A DNA stretch of 64,000 bases from Nemertoderma westbladi (Eukaryota > Animalia > Xenacoelomorpha). Positions within the stretch are counted from its first letter, which is position 1. Each line of letters opens with the position of its first letter. The notes under the pieces were generated by a model. That model was not told where the DNA came from and did no database searches. It saw only the letters and a list, made by a program, of their open reading frames with translations. Made by a program: the position numbers and the translations under genes. Where the stretch lies: the NCBI GenBank assembly GCA_032718475.1, contig JAUCBJ010004353.1, positions 42,005 to 106,004 of the forward strand. Direction: 5' to 3'. This document shows, piece by piece, positions 11,627 through 23,440 of the stretch.

Positions 11627-14600
11627 TTATTTACTAACATTTGTTGGAGATTTGTAGTCTCCAGACTCGTTTCGAGTCTCTTCAAGAAGTACGAGACGTT
11701 GAGTCAGTCTGTCAACTGTATGACCGTCAATTGTCCGTACCGTCACAGTTCTTGTCACTCCATCCATAGATGGATGTGTGGCTAAAATTACACCTGTTAT
11801 CCAGAAGCGTCTTTTTAGATTCACTTCCGCTAACAGCACGTGATCTCCCAGCTTTAATGCGCGGGTGTTATTGTACCATGTTGTTCTGGCAGAAATAGAG
11901 GGCAAATAATGGTTTTGCCATATTTCCCAGAATTTGTTAGCTAGTAGTTGCGTGATTTTCCACGCTTTTCTACCGTAGCTATCGCCTTCCATTGGAAAAG
12001 AAATAGGCGTTAATGTAGTCGGTGCCTGCATAAGCAGGTGTGCTGGTGTTAAAGCAAACTGGGATTGTTTGTCATCGGGTACTAATACTATTGGTCTAGT
12101 ATTTAGTATTGCCTCGATTTCAACAAACAGTGTTGTCAGTTGGTCGTCTGTCAAAATGTGGTTTACTGGAATGACCTTTGCCATTGCCGTTTTGATAGAT
12201 CTAATCAATCTCTCCCAGACTCCGCCTCTCCATGGACTATCTGGAGGATTAAACTTCCAAACAATCTTGTAAGGACGTAGTTCGTTTGAGATTTGATCAT
12301 GATCTAATTTCTTAAAGGCTCTAGCAATTTCATTTCGAGCACCAACAAAGTTTGTCCCTTGGTCTGAGTACAAGCATTTCACTAGTCCGCGTCTAGCGAT
12401 AAATCGCCGCAATGCTAGTATAAACGCATTGGTGGAAAGATCCATCACACGTTCAATATGAACTGCCCTACTGGACATACATGTGAAAATCAGTCCCCAG
12501 CGTTTTACTAGTATACGTCCACGTTTCGTATGTATGGGACCAAAGCAATCAATTCCAGTCTCTGTAAAAGGTGGTCTGAATGCTTGAAGTCGTGCTTGTG
12601 AAAGTTCACTCATTTCTTGAGTACCTATTCTAGAGTGTACCTTTTTACAAATAATACGCGTACGTGTCACTGAACTTAACGCTTTACTGGGTCTAATTAA
12701 TACAAATCTTGTACGTAAGTAGGAAAGACAGTGGTGTCTTCCAGCGTGTTTCAGATGTAAATGTGCTTCCAGTATCATTGCACGTTGTAATTCGTGATGC
12801 TGCGGTATTATTATTGGGTATCTAAAGTTTGTGTTAAAGTCAATGTTTTGAAGCCGAGATTTATGACAAATTAAGCCATTATAAATTATCGGACTCCAAC
12901 TCAATATTGGTGACGACTTGATTGGTTGACCTTGATTTATAGATGTGAATTCGCGCGCGAAATATCGCAGTTGGTAATGGCGAATTAATTTAATTTCACA
13001 CCTGTCAATCTCAGTCAATGTAAGTCGACGTGTAAAGTCGCGTTTGCCTTTAACGTATTGTACAAAACGTACAATCCACGCTAATTTTCGGCAAGCGTTT
13101 GTCCAAGAATCTGTGAAGTTTACAATACGGTCGACGTAAGTATTTGTGACGTCATCAGGTAAGTCAATGGAGAATTTGGAAGGTTTTGATTTACTAGAAG
13201 GGCCCACGGGTCCGCCGGTAGGTATTCCCTTGTTGACTGTTGATCCGTCCGGGTCTACAAGTAATTTGTCCTTCTTTGTTTTCTTACCCTGGTTGTCAGT
13301 ACTTTGTAAGTCGATCGTTAATGGTGGTTTGAACTCTATGGGGTCACTGGGTTTCGGTAAACTTATTTTTCTGCCGATATTAATCCCGGGTCTCACCATA
13401 GGTTGCAAGTTTGGTATGTCTCTTGAGCGCAAAGTAACACCTGTATTTACATTAGCGTAGGTACTACCCACATCTGTAATACATGAGGTTTCACTGTGCT
13501 TATGGTTGCTCAAGTGTGTCAAATTTGGTAGTTTGTCAATACAAGGCCGCTCCAATAGAGAAACTGCGGCTTTACTATTTGTCAATATGTTACTAGTGTC
13601 TGGTAGAACATTTTGTGATATGTCTGGCAAAATGTCTGGTTGACCGTCTAGTAACGCGTCTGGTTGACCATCTGGCGATATGTCTGGTGTAGAAAGGCTC
13701 GCAAGTCTTCCGTTCTTGACCTTTGAAGTTATATCTTTCCATTTCGCCTTCAGTTTTTTCTTAAGTTTAACCGCCGTCCTTTTCTTTGCTTTCCCTTTCT
13801 TTGGTTTTTTAATTTCCGCGTCTTTAGGGATAGTGTTAGACTTGTTGTCGTATAGTGGCGGCCAATGTTGTACTGATCTTTGCAAGAATTGTGGTCCGTG
13901 TTGCCAAAATTCTTTGTTTTCCGGTTTACAGAATTCCTCGGGCATCATTCCTCGCGACGCAATATCAGCTGGATTTTGTGGTCCGGGACAATGTCGCCAA
14001 TCTTCCTTTATTGAACAGTCTAGAATTTCTGCGCGACGGTTAGCTACGAATGTCTTGAATTCAAGTGTGTCGTTGTTTATGTAAAATAAAACCAACGTCG
14101 CGTCAGTCCAATAAAATATCTGTAAACTTGACTGTAGTTCCGTCTGTATAAGGTTCACGATTGTGGTTGACAGGGTTGCGGCTTGTAGCTCAGCGCGTGG
14201 TGTCGTCATATACTTAGTAGGCATGGTCTTAGTCTTAGAAGTAATGAGCGAAACATCAAACTCTTCTGAGTCTACTTGTCTGCGCAAGTACGCTGCCACA
14301 CCAAAGCCGTTGTCACTGGCGTCGGAAAAACAATGTAATTCCGAGTTGTCAGGAAACGTCGTTTGTAATGGAAAGTACACTCTGGGTATGGAATAATCCT
14401 CTAGCGAAGATAATTGTGCCTCCCAGGTTTTCCATAAGTCCACTTGTTCTGATGAGATCGGCTCATCCCATGTCAGTCCATCCTTCCAAATACTGCGCAT
14501 ATAAATTCTGGCTTGCAGTATTATTGGGCTGATGAAACCTAATGGATCGAACAATCGACTCAATTTTGACAAGCAGGATCTCTTTGTCAGAGTGTTTTCT

Positions 14601-17600
14601 TGAGTGTCCAGTCTCACCTTCACTCGAAAGTTGTCCGTGTTTGGGTCCCCAAAGAGCCCTAACACCTTTGTCGTCGGTAGTGGTTCGAACTCTAGGTCAA
14701 TGTCACCACCTCCACGCTCAGTCGTTCCGAATGAGTCTACCAATTCGGCACTGTTTGAGGCGAATTTGGTGAGGTTAAAACCTCCGCCCGCTAAGCAGTC
14801 CCGTAATTGATGTGCTACTGTTATACCACGTTCTACTGTGTCACAACTCTGTAAGCCGTCGTCTACGTAAAAGTCACGTTCTACGATCTTGATTATCTCT
14901 GGGTCATATATATGTTTCTGATCCCTAGCGGCTTGCTTTAGGGCGTACATCGTACAGTTTGGGCTGTCCCTGGCACCGAAAACGCGAACTTGCATTTGGT
15001 AAGTCGCCGGTGGTAGACTTAAGTCTCCTTCCGGGTACCAGAGGAACCTCAAACTGTCTCTGTCTCGCTCTAACGCTCGCACTTGGTGAAATATAGCTTC
15101 GACGTCACAAGTAAAGGCTACTTGACGCTGACGGAAGCGCATAATCACCCCCATAAGATAATTATTCATGTTTGGTCCATCCATTAACTCACTATTGAGG
15201 GACATTCCCTCAAACAGAGCCGTGCAGTGATTGACTACACGTACTTTGTCTGGTTTGTCGGGGTGTCTCACGTAGTGATGTGGCAAGTAGTATGTCTGGT
15301 CAGTCACAATCTCTGGGTTAGTCATTCTGATAGCGTATCCCTTCGTTAAATACGTCTCCATCTGAGTATTATACTGCAGATGGGCTTTCTTGTCCTTTAA
15401 TAGACGTTGTCGTATTGAGTGTAAACGTCTTAAGGCTAGCGGATAGTTATTTATGAGTTTAGGACGTTGGTTACGCCATAGCATCCCTACCTCATTATGT
15501 CCGTCTTTCGTCTGGCGGATAGTATCTTCCATGATCTTCAAAGATTGTTTCTCTTGTTCCGACATACATGGTTCGTAGCTACCAGGTTCGGCTGTATCTT
15601 GTTCTAACCACCTGATAGTCTTCTCCGTTAATTCTTTGTCCAATGCAGCTTGTTCCACTTGATGATTTCTTAACGCGTCATCATCGATATCGACGGGCAT
15701 TGTTGAGGTTATTAGTGTAGATAGACTCGCAAGCCTTCCGGCGTTATCATCTGTCGTCGATGGAATCTCTGGCTGACTCGTCTTCTTCCCAAGTTCTAAA
15801 CTCACCTGGTGGATTAGCTGCTCCTTGTGACTTATCATACTCGCTACACACGTCGTGTCATGTTTTGTCGAATGTAGTGTAGTATAGTCTACGTCGTGTG
15901 AAAAGGAATGAGTCGAAGTTGTAGTTAATAAACTACATGTACTTTGTATATCGTCTTCCTCGTCACTTATATCCAGTGTGCGCACAGGCGCTTGAGTATA
16001 CCACCCTATCGGCGTTCTACAGGCGTATGCGTTTCCCGCTATGACTGCCGATGGTCTGGTTTCCCACACTTGATGTAGGTTGAATTGATCTGTCCCGATC
16101 AGCATTGCTACCGACCTATAGTTGACAGGACATTCAGGTACACCAAGGTGTCTGAAGTACTTACGGTCCTCCAAGGATTGTTCTGGGACAGGACCTAGTA
16201 GGTTACTAAAGTCCTTTGTGGCCGCAAAGGTTAAATCTTTAAAGGGTAACAAAGACCTCTCCTTTTCGCTATGTTGCGATTTCGGAAGAAGAGTGTCTAA
16301 GTTCAACTTAACTCGTGTCACTGGTATTGCACGTTGTCCATGCATACTACTTACGGTGTAACTGACGTTCTTACCTTGTCGGAGATCCGTCACAACATCA
16401 GCTACTTTCTCATCCACGTAGCTATGAGATGAGGCTGAGTCCAGGATAGCGTAGATCCGTATCCGTTTGCTCCCCTTTGTGCCCGTAATCTTGACAGGAA
16501 TTATACTAAACCCCTTTAGTTGATCAGGCATCAGAAGTGCAATCGATGGTTGTTCGTCTCCAGTATCAAAGTAAACGTCTTCGTCTTCCGACTCTTCATC
16601 CGACGATCCTGATTGTTCCGAGAAGCAATCTCTAATGTGCGTCACGAAAGTCGGTGTTGTTTTCGACTCTCGACCCTTATATGCTGTGTTGCATCTTGCT
16701 GCCGCTTCCGGGTGTTCCCTGGTGAAGCGTCTGGTCGGCGTATGACTGTCTGTGTGGAGCAAACCGTCATGGTTGCGTCCACAGGAAGGACAGGTGTCTG
16801 TATTTGGGCAGTCTTTACGGACATGTCCATGTAGCGTACACCGCCAACAAGAGTCCAATGGCCGTATTTGTAGTCGTCGTTCCTCCGAATTCAATTCGCG
16901 GAATAGTCGACAACCTCTCAGTTTATGGATAGTATGTCGTTTACCTAGCCGTTCGCAATATTGGCAACCGCTAAAGTCTGTGCTCAGTTGCTGTCGGATC
17001 TGTTTGGTTCCAATTGGTGCGGATACCTTATTACTATCCGAAAATTGTCGGGTGTCGGTCGATGTTGCGTAGGTAACCGTCTTTGTGGATGTTGTTTGGG
17101 GTTTTTGTCGGTTCGAGGATGGTAATGTTATTCCTTCCGCCACGATATGTTGGTCCGTGTAGTTCGAACGCGTCTCGACTACTGCCTCTCTGGATATCAG
17201 TAAGTAGACGTCTTCCAACTTCAAGAATCCGCCTCTCTCTTCTTGCTGATATTCTATCTTTCGCCACTCCCGACGAAGTCGATGGTGTAATCTTCCTATT
17301 ATTTTCAATAGGACTGTCGGAGTGTTCGCGTAGTCAAGTTGTCCAATCGAGCGTAGTGTAGTAATGGCGTTCTTAATCTCGTCAGCTAATTTCAGTAAGT
17401 CAACGGGTTTTGTTATAGCCCCCCCCTTACAGAGTTCTTCTATCACTGACTTAGCCATGCTTACGGTGCCTCCGTAAATCGAAGTTAAGCGATCGTATGC
17501 TAGTTCGAAGGCGTCTGGTACACCGACAAAGGTCTCCGCTAGACGTTTCGGTTCTCCCGTCAGCGTTTGTAGCAGGTAGTTGAATTTCTCCCTCGATGTA

Positions 17601-18697
17601 AAAGCGCACGCTGCTATTTGTGTTTCGATGTAGTCCACAAAAGTGTGCCAATGTTTCGAGTTACCTGAAAACTTAGGTGGTTGTTGCACCGGTAAACCTT
17701 GTCTCGCTGCGAATTTCGCTATCTCCTCGGCCACGTTCAAAGTTTCGCGTCCTTGGTTGGCAATCGAGTTGATGTTCTCTCGTCTTGGCGCTTTTCCTTG
17801 ATACGAGGTGTTTCTCGAGGATTGTTTTCTTTGTTGCTTCGGGTGTCTAGAGTGTTCGAACTCGTTACCTCGCGAACTATCAGTTTGAGTTTCCTCTAAA
17901 CGTTCCTCTATCTGGGCCAACTTGTTGACAACTGGGCGCATTATTTCGGCGAGTTGTTGCGTACTAATTGCGTCCGTTGGTTGTAACGACTTCTGTGTTG
18001 GCGTATTTTGTGGAGGATTATCGATAAAGGAATTGTCTGAACGCTCACGTTTACATTCGTCGGCCGCTCCTGTTCTAAATACCTCGCGTTCCGGGTAATC
18101 CGACTCGCTTGAAGTACTACTGTCACCTGGATACGGTGGTCGACGTGTTCGTGTCCGTTGCGTCGTACGAATTCTAACATTCCGTTTTGGAACATCGTCC
18201 ACTGTTCTCCGTTGTTCGGTAGGCTCACAAGTCTTCCTCGAAGTCGTAGATTGCGATGTAAACTGGTTAAACGGTCGCGTATCCACTGGGCTCCGTTGTT
18301 CGGTAGGCTCACAAGTCTTCCTCGAAGTCGTAGATTGCGATGTAAACTGGTTAAACGGTCGCGTTTCCACTGGTCTCCATTGTTCGGTAGGCTCACAAGT
18401 CTTCCTCGAAGTCGTAGATTGCGATGTAAACTGATTAATCGGTGGTCGGACGACAACGTTTGAATCTAAAGGCCTTGTAGGCCTAAACGTCATTGGGTAC
18501 GTGTAGTGCGTAACGGGTTTTGGTGTCGAAGGTGGACTCACCTGTTTAGTCGTCAGTAGTGCAGGTCTGGTCAACAAACTACTACGATTTGTAATCGGTG
18601 GGTTACTTACCTTGACTTTCAGAATAGGCGATGACGTTGCTCTTGAGTTGAAATTCTGCACAAAAAATAATTCGCACCTACTAGGATTCGAACTCAA
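11627..18697 (-). CDS. Bel/Pao Gag-Pol polyprotein, family B, uninterrupted (2356 codons)
   Basis: PKFSGNSKHW, CWRCTLHGHVRKDC, AILDSAS, DFYVDD, LHCFSDAS, TGIDCFGP, SDQGTNF, WRGGVWERL. First Cys of the integrase HHCC appears replaced (TRIIC). True start codon uncertain. Confidence 0.95.
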   Translation of the reverse strand: MSSNPSRCELFFVQNFNSRATSSPILKVKVSNPPITNRSSLLTRPALLTTKQVSPPSTPKPVTHYTYPMTFRPTRPLDSNVVVRPPINQFTSQSTTSRKTCEPTEQWRPVETRPFNQFTSQSTTSRKTCEPTEQRSPVDTRPFNQFTSQSTTSRKTCEPTEQRRTVDDVPKRNVRIRTTQRTRTRRPPYPGDSSTSSESDYPEREVFRTGAADECKRERSDNSFIDNPPQNTPTQKSLQPTDAISTQQLAEIMRPVVNKLAQIEERLEETQTDSSRGNEFEHSRHPKQQRKQSSRNTSYQGKAPRRENINSIANQGRETLNVAEEIAKFAARQGLPVQQPPKFSGNSKHWHTFVDYIETQIAACAFTSREKFNYLLQTLTGEPKRLAETFVGVPDAFELAYDRLTSIYGGTVSMAKSVIEELCKGGAITKPVDLLKLADEIKNAITTLRSIGQLDYANTPTVLLKIIGRLHHRLRREWRKIEYQQEERGGFLKLEDVYLLISREAVVETRSNYTDQHIVAEGITLPSSNRQKPQTTSTKTVTYATSTDTRQFSDSNKVSAPIGTKQIRQQLSTDFSGCQYCERLGKRHTIHKLRGCRLFRELNSEERRLQIRPLDSCWRCTLHGHVRKDCPNTDTCPSCGRNHDGLLHTDSHTPTRRFTREHPEAAARCNTAYKGRESKTTPTFVTHIRDCFSEQSGSSDEESEDEDVYFDTGDEQPSIALLMPDQLKGFSIIPVKITGTKGSKRIRIYAILDSASSHSYVDEKVADVVTDLRQGKNVSYTVSSMHGQRAIPVTRVKLNLDTLLPKSQHSEKERSLLPFKDLTFAATKDFSNLLGPVPEQSLEDRKYFRHLGVPECPVNYRSVAMLIGTDQFNLHQVWETRPSAVIAGNAYACRTPIGWYTQAPVRTLDISDEEDDIQSTCSLLTTTSTHSFSHDVDYTTLHSTKHDTTCVASMISHKEQLIHQVSLELGKKTSQPEIPSTTDDNAGRLASLSTLITSTMPVDIDDDALRNHQVEQAALDKELTEKTIRWLEQDTAEPGSYEPCMSEQEKQSLKIMEDTIRQTKDGHNEVGMLWRNQRPKLINNYPLALRRLHSIRQRLLKDKKAHLQYNTQMETYLTKGYAIRMTNPEIVTDQTYYLPHHYVRHPDKPDKVRVVNHCTALFEGMSLNSELMDGPNMNNYLMGVIMRFRQRQVAFTCDVEAIFHQVRALERDRDSLRFLWYPEGDLSLPPATYQMQVRVFGARDSPNCTMYALKQAARDQKHIYDPEIIKIVERDFYVDDGLQSCDTVERGITVAHQLRDCLAGGGFNLTKFASNSAELVDSFGTTERGGGDIDLEFEPLPTTKVLGLFGDPNTDNFRVKVRLDTQENTLTKRSCLSKLSRLFDPLGFISPIILQARIYMRSIWKDGLTWDEPISSEQVDLWKTWEAQLSSLEDYSIPRVYFPLQTTFPDNSELHCFSDASDNGFGVAAYLRRQVDSEEFDVSLITSKTKTMPTKYMTTPRAELQAATLSTTIVNLIQTELQSSLQIFYWTDATLVLFYINNDTLEFKTFVANRRAEILDCSIKEDWRHCPGPQNPADIASRGMMPEEFCKPENKEFWQHGPQFLQRSVQHWPPLYDNKSNTIPKDAEIKKPKKGKAKKRTAVKLKKKLKAKWKDITSKVKNGRLASLSTPDISPDGQPDALLDGQPDILPDISQNVLPDTSNILTNSKAAVSLLERPCIDKLPNLTHLSNHKHSETSCITDVGSTYANVNTGVTLRSRDIPNLQPMVRPGINIGRKISLPKPSDPIEFKPPLTIDLQSTDNQGKKTKKDKLLVDPDGSTVNKGIPTGGPVGPSSKSKPSKFSIDLPDDVTNTYVDRIVNFTDSWTNACRKLAWIVRFVQYVKGKRDFTRRLTLTEIDRCEIKLIRHYQLRYFAREFTSINQGQPIKSSPILSWSPIIYNGLICHKSRLQNIDFNTNFRYPIIIPQHHELQRAMILEAHLHLKHAGRHHCLSYLRTRFVLIRPSKALSSVTRTRIICKKVHSRIGTQEMSELSQARLQAFRPPFTETGIDCFGPIHTKRGRILVKRWGLIFTCMSSRAVHIERVMDLSTNAFILALRRFIARRGLVKCLYSDQGTNFVGARNEIARAFKKLDHDQISNELRPYKIVWKFNPPDSPWRGGVWERLIRSIKTAMAKVIPVNHILTDDQLTTLFVEIEAILNTRPIVLVPDDKQSQFALTPAHLLMQAPTTLTPISFPMEGDSYGRKAWKITQLLANKFWEIWQNHYLPSISARTTWYNNTRALKLGDHVLLAEVNLKRRFWITGVILATHPSMDGVTRTVTVRTIDGHTVDRLTQRLVLLEETRNESGDYKSPTNVSK
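18200..18436 (-). repeat. Coding tandem repeat, 84 bp x ~3, in Gag N-terminus
   Basis: NQFTSQSTTSRKTCEPTEQ..V.TRPF repeated with a 28-aa period. Confidence 0.9.
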
Positions 18698-18747
18698 TAC
18701 ACACTACATATAATTTCCAACGCTCTACCGACTGAGCTACTGAACCA
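18662..18747 (-). other. tRNA-like Pol III module (A box, B box, T run); not a complete tRNA
   Basis: Minus strand TAGCTCAGTCGGTAGAGCG ... GAGTTCGAATCC ... TTTTTT; no convincing acceptor or anticodon stem. Confidence 0.55.
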
Positions 18748-19255
18748 CTTGGCTAATCATCGTACAAATAGATATAGCAAATACAAATGAGGACTTAATG
18801 TAATCTTTTAACAAAGTTAATTCGAATAAAATAAAATTTTGAAAATCCACGGCGTTTAGAGAGTATAATTCTATATAGAAACTTGACGGTTGACGCGTGT
18901 ACCAGAGGTACTAGGCCTATACCTCCGACGGGATTGGGCTATTTTTCTGCCTCTTACAGCCGTTATTATGGGCGATATTTTCTGATTTTTTATTAAGACT
19001 GCTCATTAAACCAGAGATTAGTAAATTTATAAATCCGCCCCGCTGCACCAATCGTTAACGATAAATTCTAATAGGATATTTGGCTGTTGGTTTTTTAGCA
19101 ATCTCTCGTATAGTTTTTTTATGACGTTTTAGCCTCGCCATTTTTTTGCTCAGGAATTTTTACGTTACCATTTAATACATTCAGAATAATATTAATTAGA
19201 AAACTTATAAGTTCATCGGTTCTACCGACGCCTAAGAAGGTTTTTCTACGGTTAA

Positions 19256-20817
19256 CCCTATTAGTACCGGGCTATAAAATGTTTTACAAATACCGGGGGA
19301 GGGTCATATTGACCCCCCCCCCCCCTCTAAAATCTACAAATATTTACGAAAACGTCTGATTTTTTGTTTGTCCGTAGGTATCACTTGTCTGGATCCGACC
19401 GAAAAAAAAAAATTTCGAAAAAATGTACTGGGGTGGTTATATTGTAGCACCAAAATTACAAGTAGTGCACAATTTTCACCAAATTTGAAAGTTACATTTT
19501 CGGCTTATTATTTTTCAATACAGGTTTTCTGGGGTGCAAAATACATTGGAAAATATTGAAAAATGATATGATTACTATAAATGGCTGTTTAGTCCTCTCT
19601 GCGTAGGAAAAAAAATGAAAAAAACAAGTAACCAGCACTTTTCAGTTAGAACACAAAATTTTTAATTCAATTATACGATGCTATAAATTCACATTTTCAG
19701 GTTTTCAGGGCGCTGATTCTAATGGAATACATTTCAAATATGCCAGATCATTGTTACTTGTATTTTTCGGCGTAATTTGGAAAATGTTGGTGCTAGCACC
19801 AAATTTCGTACCCATCACCAAAAAGTACAAGTTTGCGATGTCCAGCGCTGTTTTTATTGATTCCATCGGATTCAGCACCCTCATAAACCCGTATAACGCA
19901 AGAAACAAGGTGATACTATCTACTTATCAATTTGCATATTTTCCAAAATTTGGTCCTGGCACAACAATTTTCACCCACCGGCGAAAAATACAAGTTTGAG
20001 AACTCATATGAAATTTTTACTGATTCCATCGAATTCAGAACCATCACAAACCCGTTTAACGCAAGAAACAAGGTGACACAATCAATTGATATATTTGATG
20101 GTTTTCAAAATTTGGTGCTAGCACCACATTTTGCACCCACATCCGAAAAATACAAGTTTGAGATGTCTAGTTCGATAATTATATTTTCCATTGAATTCAG
20201 AACAGCCATAAACCTCTAAAACGCAAGAAATAAATTGTCACAAGCAATTTTATCTATTGAATGGATTTTCAAAATTTCGTGCTAGCACCAAAATTTGCAC
20301 ACAGCACCGAAAAATACAAGTTTGATACGCTTGGTGAAACTCGTATATATTTCATCGAATCCAGAAACCCAAAAAACCCCAATTGCGTAAAAAACAAGTT
20401 TCAAACGATCAATTTACAAAATTGACTTATTTCAAAATTTGGTGCTGGCACCAAAATTTGGCACCCACCGAAAAAAACAAGTTTGAAATTTCTAAATCAA
20501 TTTATATGAATTCCATCAAATTTCTAACACCAAAAAACCGGTGTAAATCCAAAATAGAGATGTTACAATTCATATTTATTGAAATGTAATTTTCAAAAAA
20601 CGTCTCAAAAAAAGTGCCAAAAGTAGGGTTAAAAAATGGTGCTATAACTCGAAAAGTACCAAATATTTTTGAAAACGGTTTTCACTACTAGGAAGACAAT
20701 AGATTTTTAGGAAAAGACATAAAATTTCAGATTCCCAACGGCGTTTGTTTCAGAATTATAATAAAAAAACCACGGGGGGGGGGGTCATATTGACCCCCCC
20801 CCCCGGGTTTAATAGGG
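19256..20817. mobile_element. Non-autonomous TTAA-specific (piggyBac-like) DNA transposon
   Basis: TTAA at 19252-19255 and 20818-20821. Termini CCCTATTA / TAATAGGG. Subterminal G(n)TCATATTGAC(n) at both ends. Internal ~160-bp tandem units containing TTTGGTGCTAGCACCA. Confidence 0.85.
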
Positions 20818-21688
20818 TTAAGGGAGGCGTTAGATAAGAACTTTAAATCCCCATCGAATTGTTTAATTAAAGCGAGTTTAATTGAGTGATTTCATTACAT
20901 ATATTATATGTATATTATATTAATAACATATATAAACGAGAACAATAATAGTAAGTAATAAAACACTGCCACCGTTATAAATAGTATCGAGTATATACGC
21001 GGGTGGGGTTTTTCACGCGGTAAAACTGAGCAATTATAGAAACCAGCACTCTTTAAAACCTAACATAAATAATTAATAAAATACATTATATAATGTGAAC
21101 AATAAATTAAGTTTGACATACTGACTGACAGAAAGACTGACAGACAGACAGACAGACTAGATTTATGTAAATTTAAACCGACATCAGAAATGAAATTGAC
21201 GCCCTTGACAATCTAAGACTACCGATATAACACGTTATATATAATGTGAATAATGGTAATATCCGTGTTTATTTAAAAACCTAACGAGATCCCACCGGAC
21301 AAACCTAAAACTGGCACCAGAAATGAAAAAATTAAATATTTCTACCTAAATTACTATCTAAATTACCAATAAAATTCAAAAACTTTGGAAAAAATGCTTG
21401 AAATATCCCGGGTTTTGCCATACACACAACATTTCACAACTTTATAATCAGTATGCTTATATATATACTTAATAATTTTTTTTATTTTAGGTGATTTACT
21501 GAGTACTGAGGAAATTTACTGAGGAAAAAGAGACACGTCCCTCCGCAAATTTTGGCGATATATTGGAGAGGCTTTAAGATGAGTTTTCCATTTAGAATTC
21601 GTTTAGCCAGCACATCGAATGATATGCACCCGCCAACCAACCTCAAACGTATATTACTGTTGACAACGCTAAAAGACATCTCAGTCCG

Positions 21689-22327
21689 CTATTCTACAAT
21701 GGGCGGTATATAAAGCTTAGGGGCTGGCGCTTTGCGATGATCCAAATGTGTTTTATAATGGCCGTAAGGTAGACTTTCATTAGTTGATATGTAGTATCTT
21801 TTATCTTCCCACAGTTTTAGCGAGTTTTTTCTTTGTGAAACGGTGTAGATTTTATGTAAATTAGATTGAAACCTTTGACTGTATTCGTAATGCTCGCTAA
21901 CCTCGTTATATACTTTTAAATATGATTCGTGGGAGAGTTTTTTTTATAACCATTTTTCCTACGCCTTTAGCGACACATTTTGGAACTGACCCCTCACGAA
22001 AGCTATAACATTTTGGTCTGAGTAAAATACCTGTTTAAACGGGATAGACTTAAATATCTATATTTCCCTTTCTGTTCTACTGTATACAACGGATGTGTAA
22101 TAGGATAATTTGAACAGTCTAAAACTTTTTTTGATTGTAACGCATATACAAATTGGTGTTGGGATAAACCAACACACTGTAAAAAAAAAGAATCCGCGTC
22201 CCCACCTAGCAAATTTATACAACAATTTAATTCGGCTTCCAGGGGCATTAATTTCTCGTAGAAGAAACTGTAATAATCTAACTTCGACATGTCCAATACA
22301 GCTTGGCCTAAAAAATAGGTTTTTGCA
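21689..22327 (-). pseudogene. Protein-primed family B DNA polymerase C-terminal relic (Maverick/Polinton/adintovirus-like)
   Basis: LGQAVLDMSK..Y..Y, LLGGDADSF (DTDS motif, degenerate), DCSNYP..HPLY, LRPKCYS, AKGV, HKIYTV, EDKRY, LPYGHY, read across frameshifts. Confidence 0.82.
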
Positions 22328-22491
22328 TAAAAATTGTGGCTAAAAGTGGCTACACTTACAGTAATACGGTAACAGTACAAACAGTAATAATTACAGCATT
22401 GCAGCATTGCAGCTTACACAGCACAACTGCACGCCTGTTAGCCTAACCTGTTGGTCAATTGACAACCGCTGAACGCTCGAAATTGTGTGAA

Positions 22492-23440
22492 ATGGGAAAT
22501 TGTAAAAGATGTGACGCTCACCAAACACGATTAAAACCAGGTGGCCTTTGCGATGCATGCTTCCTTGGTAGGTCGCAATCTTTATCCGATTTAGGCCTAC
22601 CGGTATCTGGGCCCCAGCCCCTCCAATCTCAACATGCCCAGTTAAATTCCACTCAGGTTTGGCCAAGTTACAGTCAGACAGCTCCTGGATTCACTACCGA
22701 CCAGCGCTCAATTTGGCAACAACACCCTATTGGGTCAGGACCACCTCAGTCTTATCCGCCGGCTCCATGTCCTCCGAACTTCACGCCGTCTCCGGGCCTT
22801 CACCCCCCCACCATTGATGATAGCTCCTCAGTGAGCTCGCTCTCTGTAGGTCAGCTGAAATCCATATTTAGCTCTATGATGACCGAGCACATAAGCGCCT
22901 TAGGAACACGTGTCACCACTCTTGAACAAGAAAATTGCGACCTCCGTGCTACATGTGGAGCCCAACAACGGTTTTGCGAGTACATTGACCGTCAAATGAG
23001 AATTCAAAAGCTTATTGTACGGGGGGTCGTCGAAAACAACCCGCCCAGCGAGGATAAAGACAATGATCAATGCGATGCAATCTTTAGCGCAATCGGGATC
23101 AAAGTTTCTAATTACAAAGTTGAGCGCCTTGGTCAGTTTGTCCCTGATAAACCTAACCCAAGGCCCATTCTGCTTACTCTGTCTCAGAATTCGGCAGAAG
23201 CTGATCGCAGAAAGATATTCCCTGCTTTGAAAAAGTTAAAGAATGATGACAATTTTGGGAAAGTATTTATCAAATCCGATGTTCATCCTATTATACGTAA
23301 AGAAATCGGCCGTCTACGTGAAGTTGAAAGGCTTGAAAAAGGGAATCCTGCAAACAGATCTCGTTATCTCGTATGATCCAGTACTTCGAGTTGTAAAAAA
23401 GGACGACGTTATAATAGACAAATTTAATCTGAATTTTTGA
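22492..23440 (+). CDS. LINE ORF1p (Cys motif, Pro-rich, coiled coil, RRM-like); probable frameshift near 23355
   Basis: CKRC..CDAC, RVTTLEQEN, LIVRGVVE, VERLG..PRPILL, VFIKSD. Annotated frame stops at 23376; a plausible tail ISYD..IIDKF continues in the +1 frame to 23440. Confidence 0.75.

Noticed and set aside
18662-18747. Functional tRNA gene
   Set aside because: A and B boxes are present but the acceptor and anticodon stems do not pair convincingly.
19780-20520. CRISPR-like array
   Set aside because: Whole ~160-bp units are similar to each other with no unique spacers; the array lies inside a TTAA-flanked eukaryotic transposon.
19134-21480. PBS and 5' LTR of Bel family B
   Set aside because: TGGCGAG at 19134-19140 (- strand) is not directly preceded by a CA terminus, and no 3' LTR remains for comparison.
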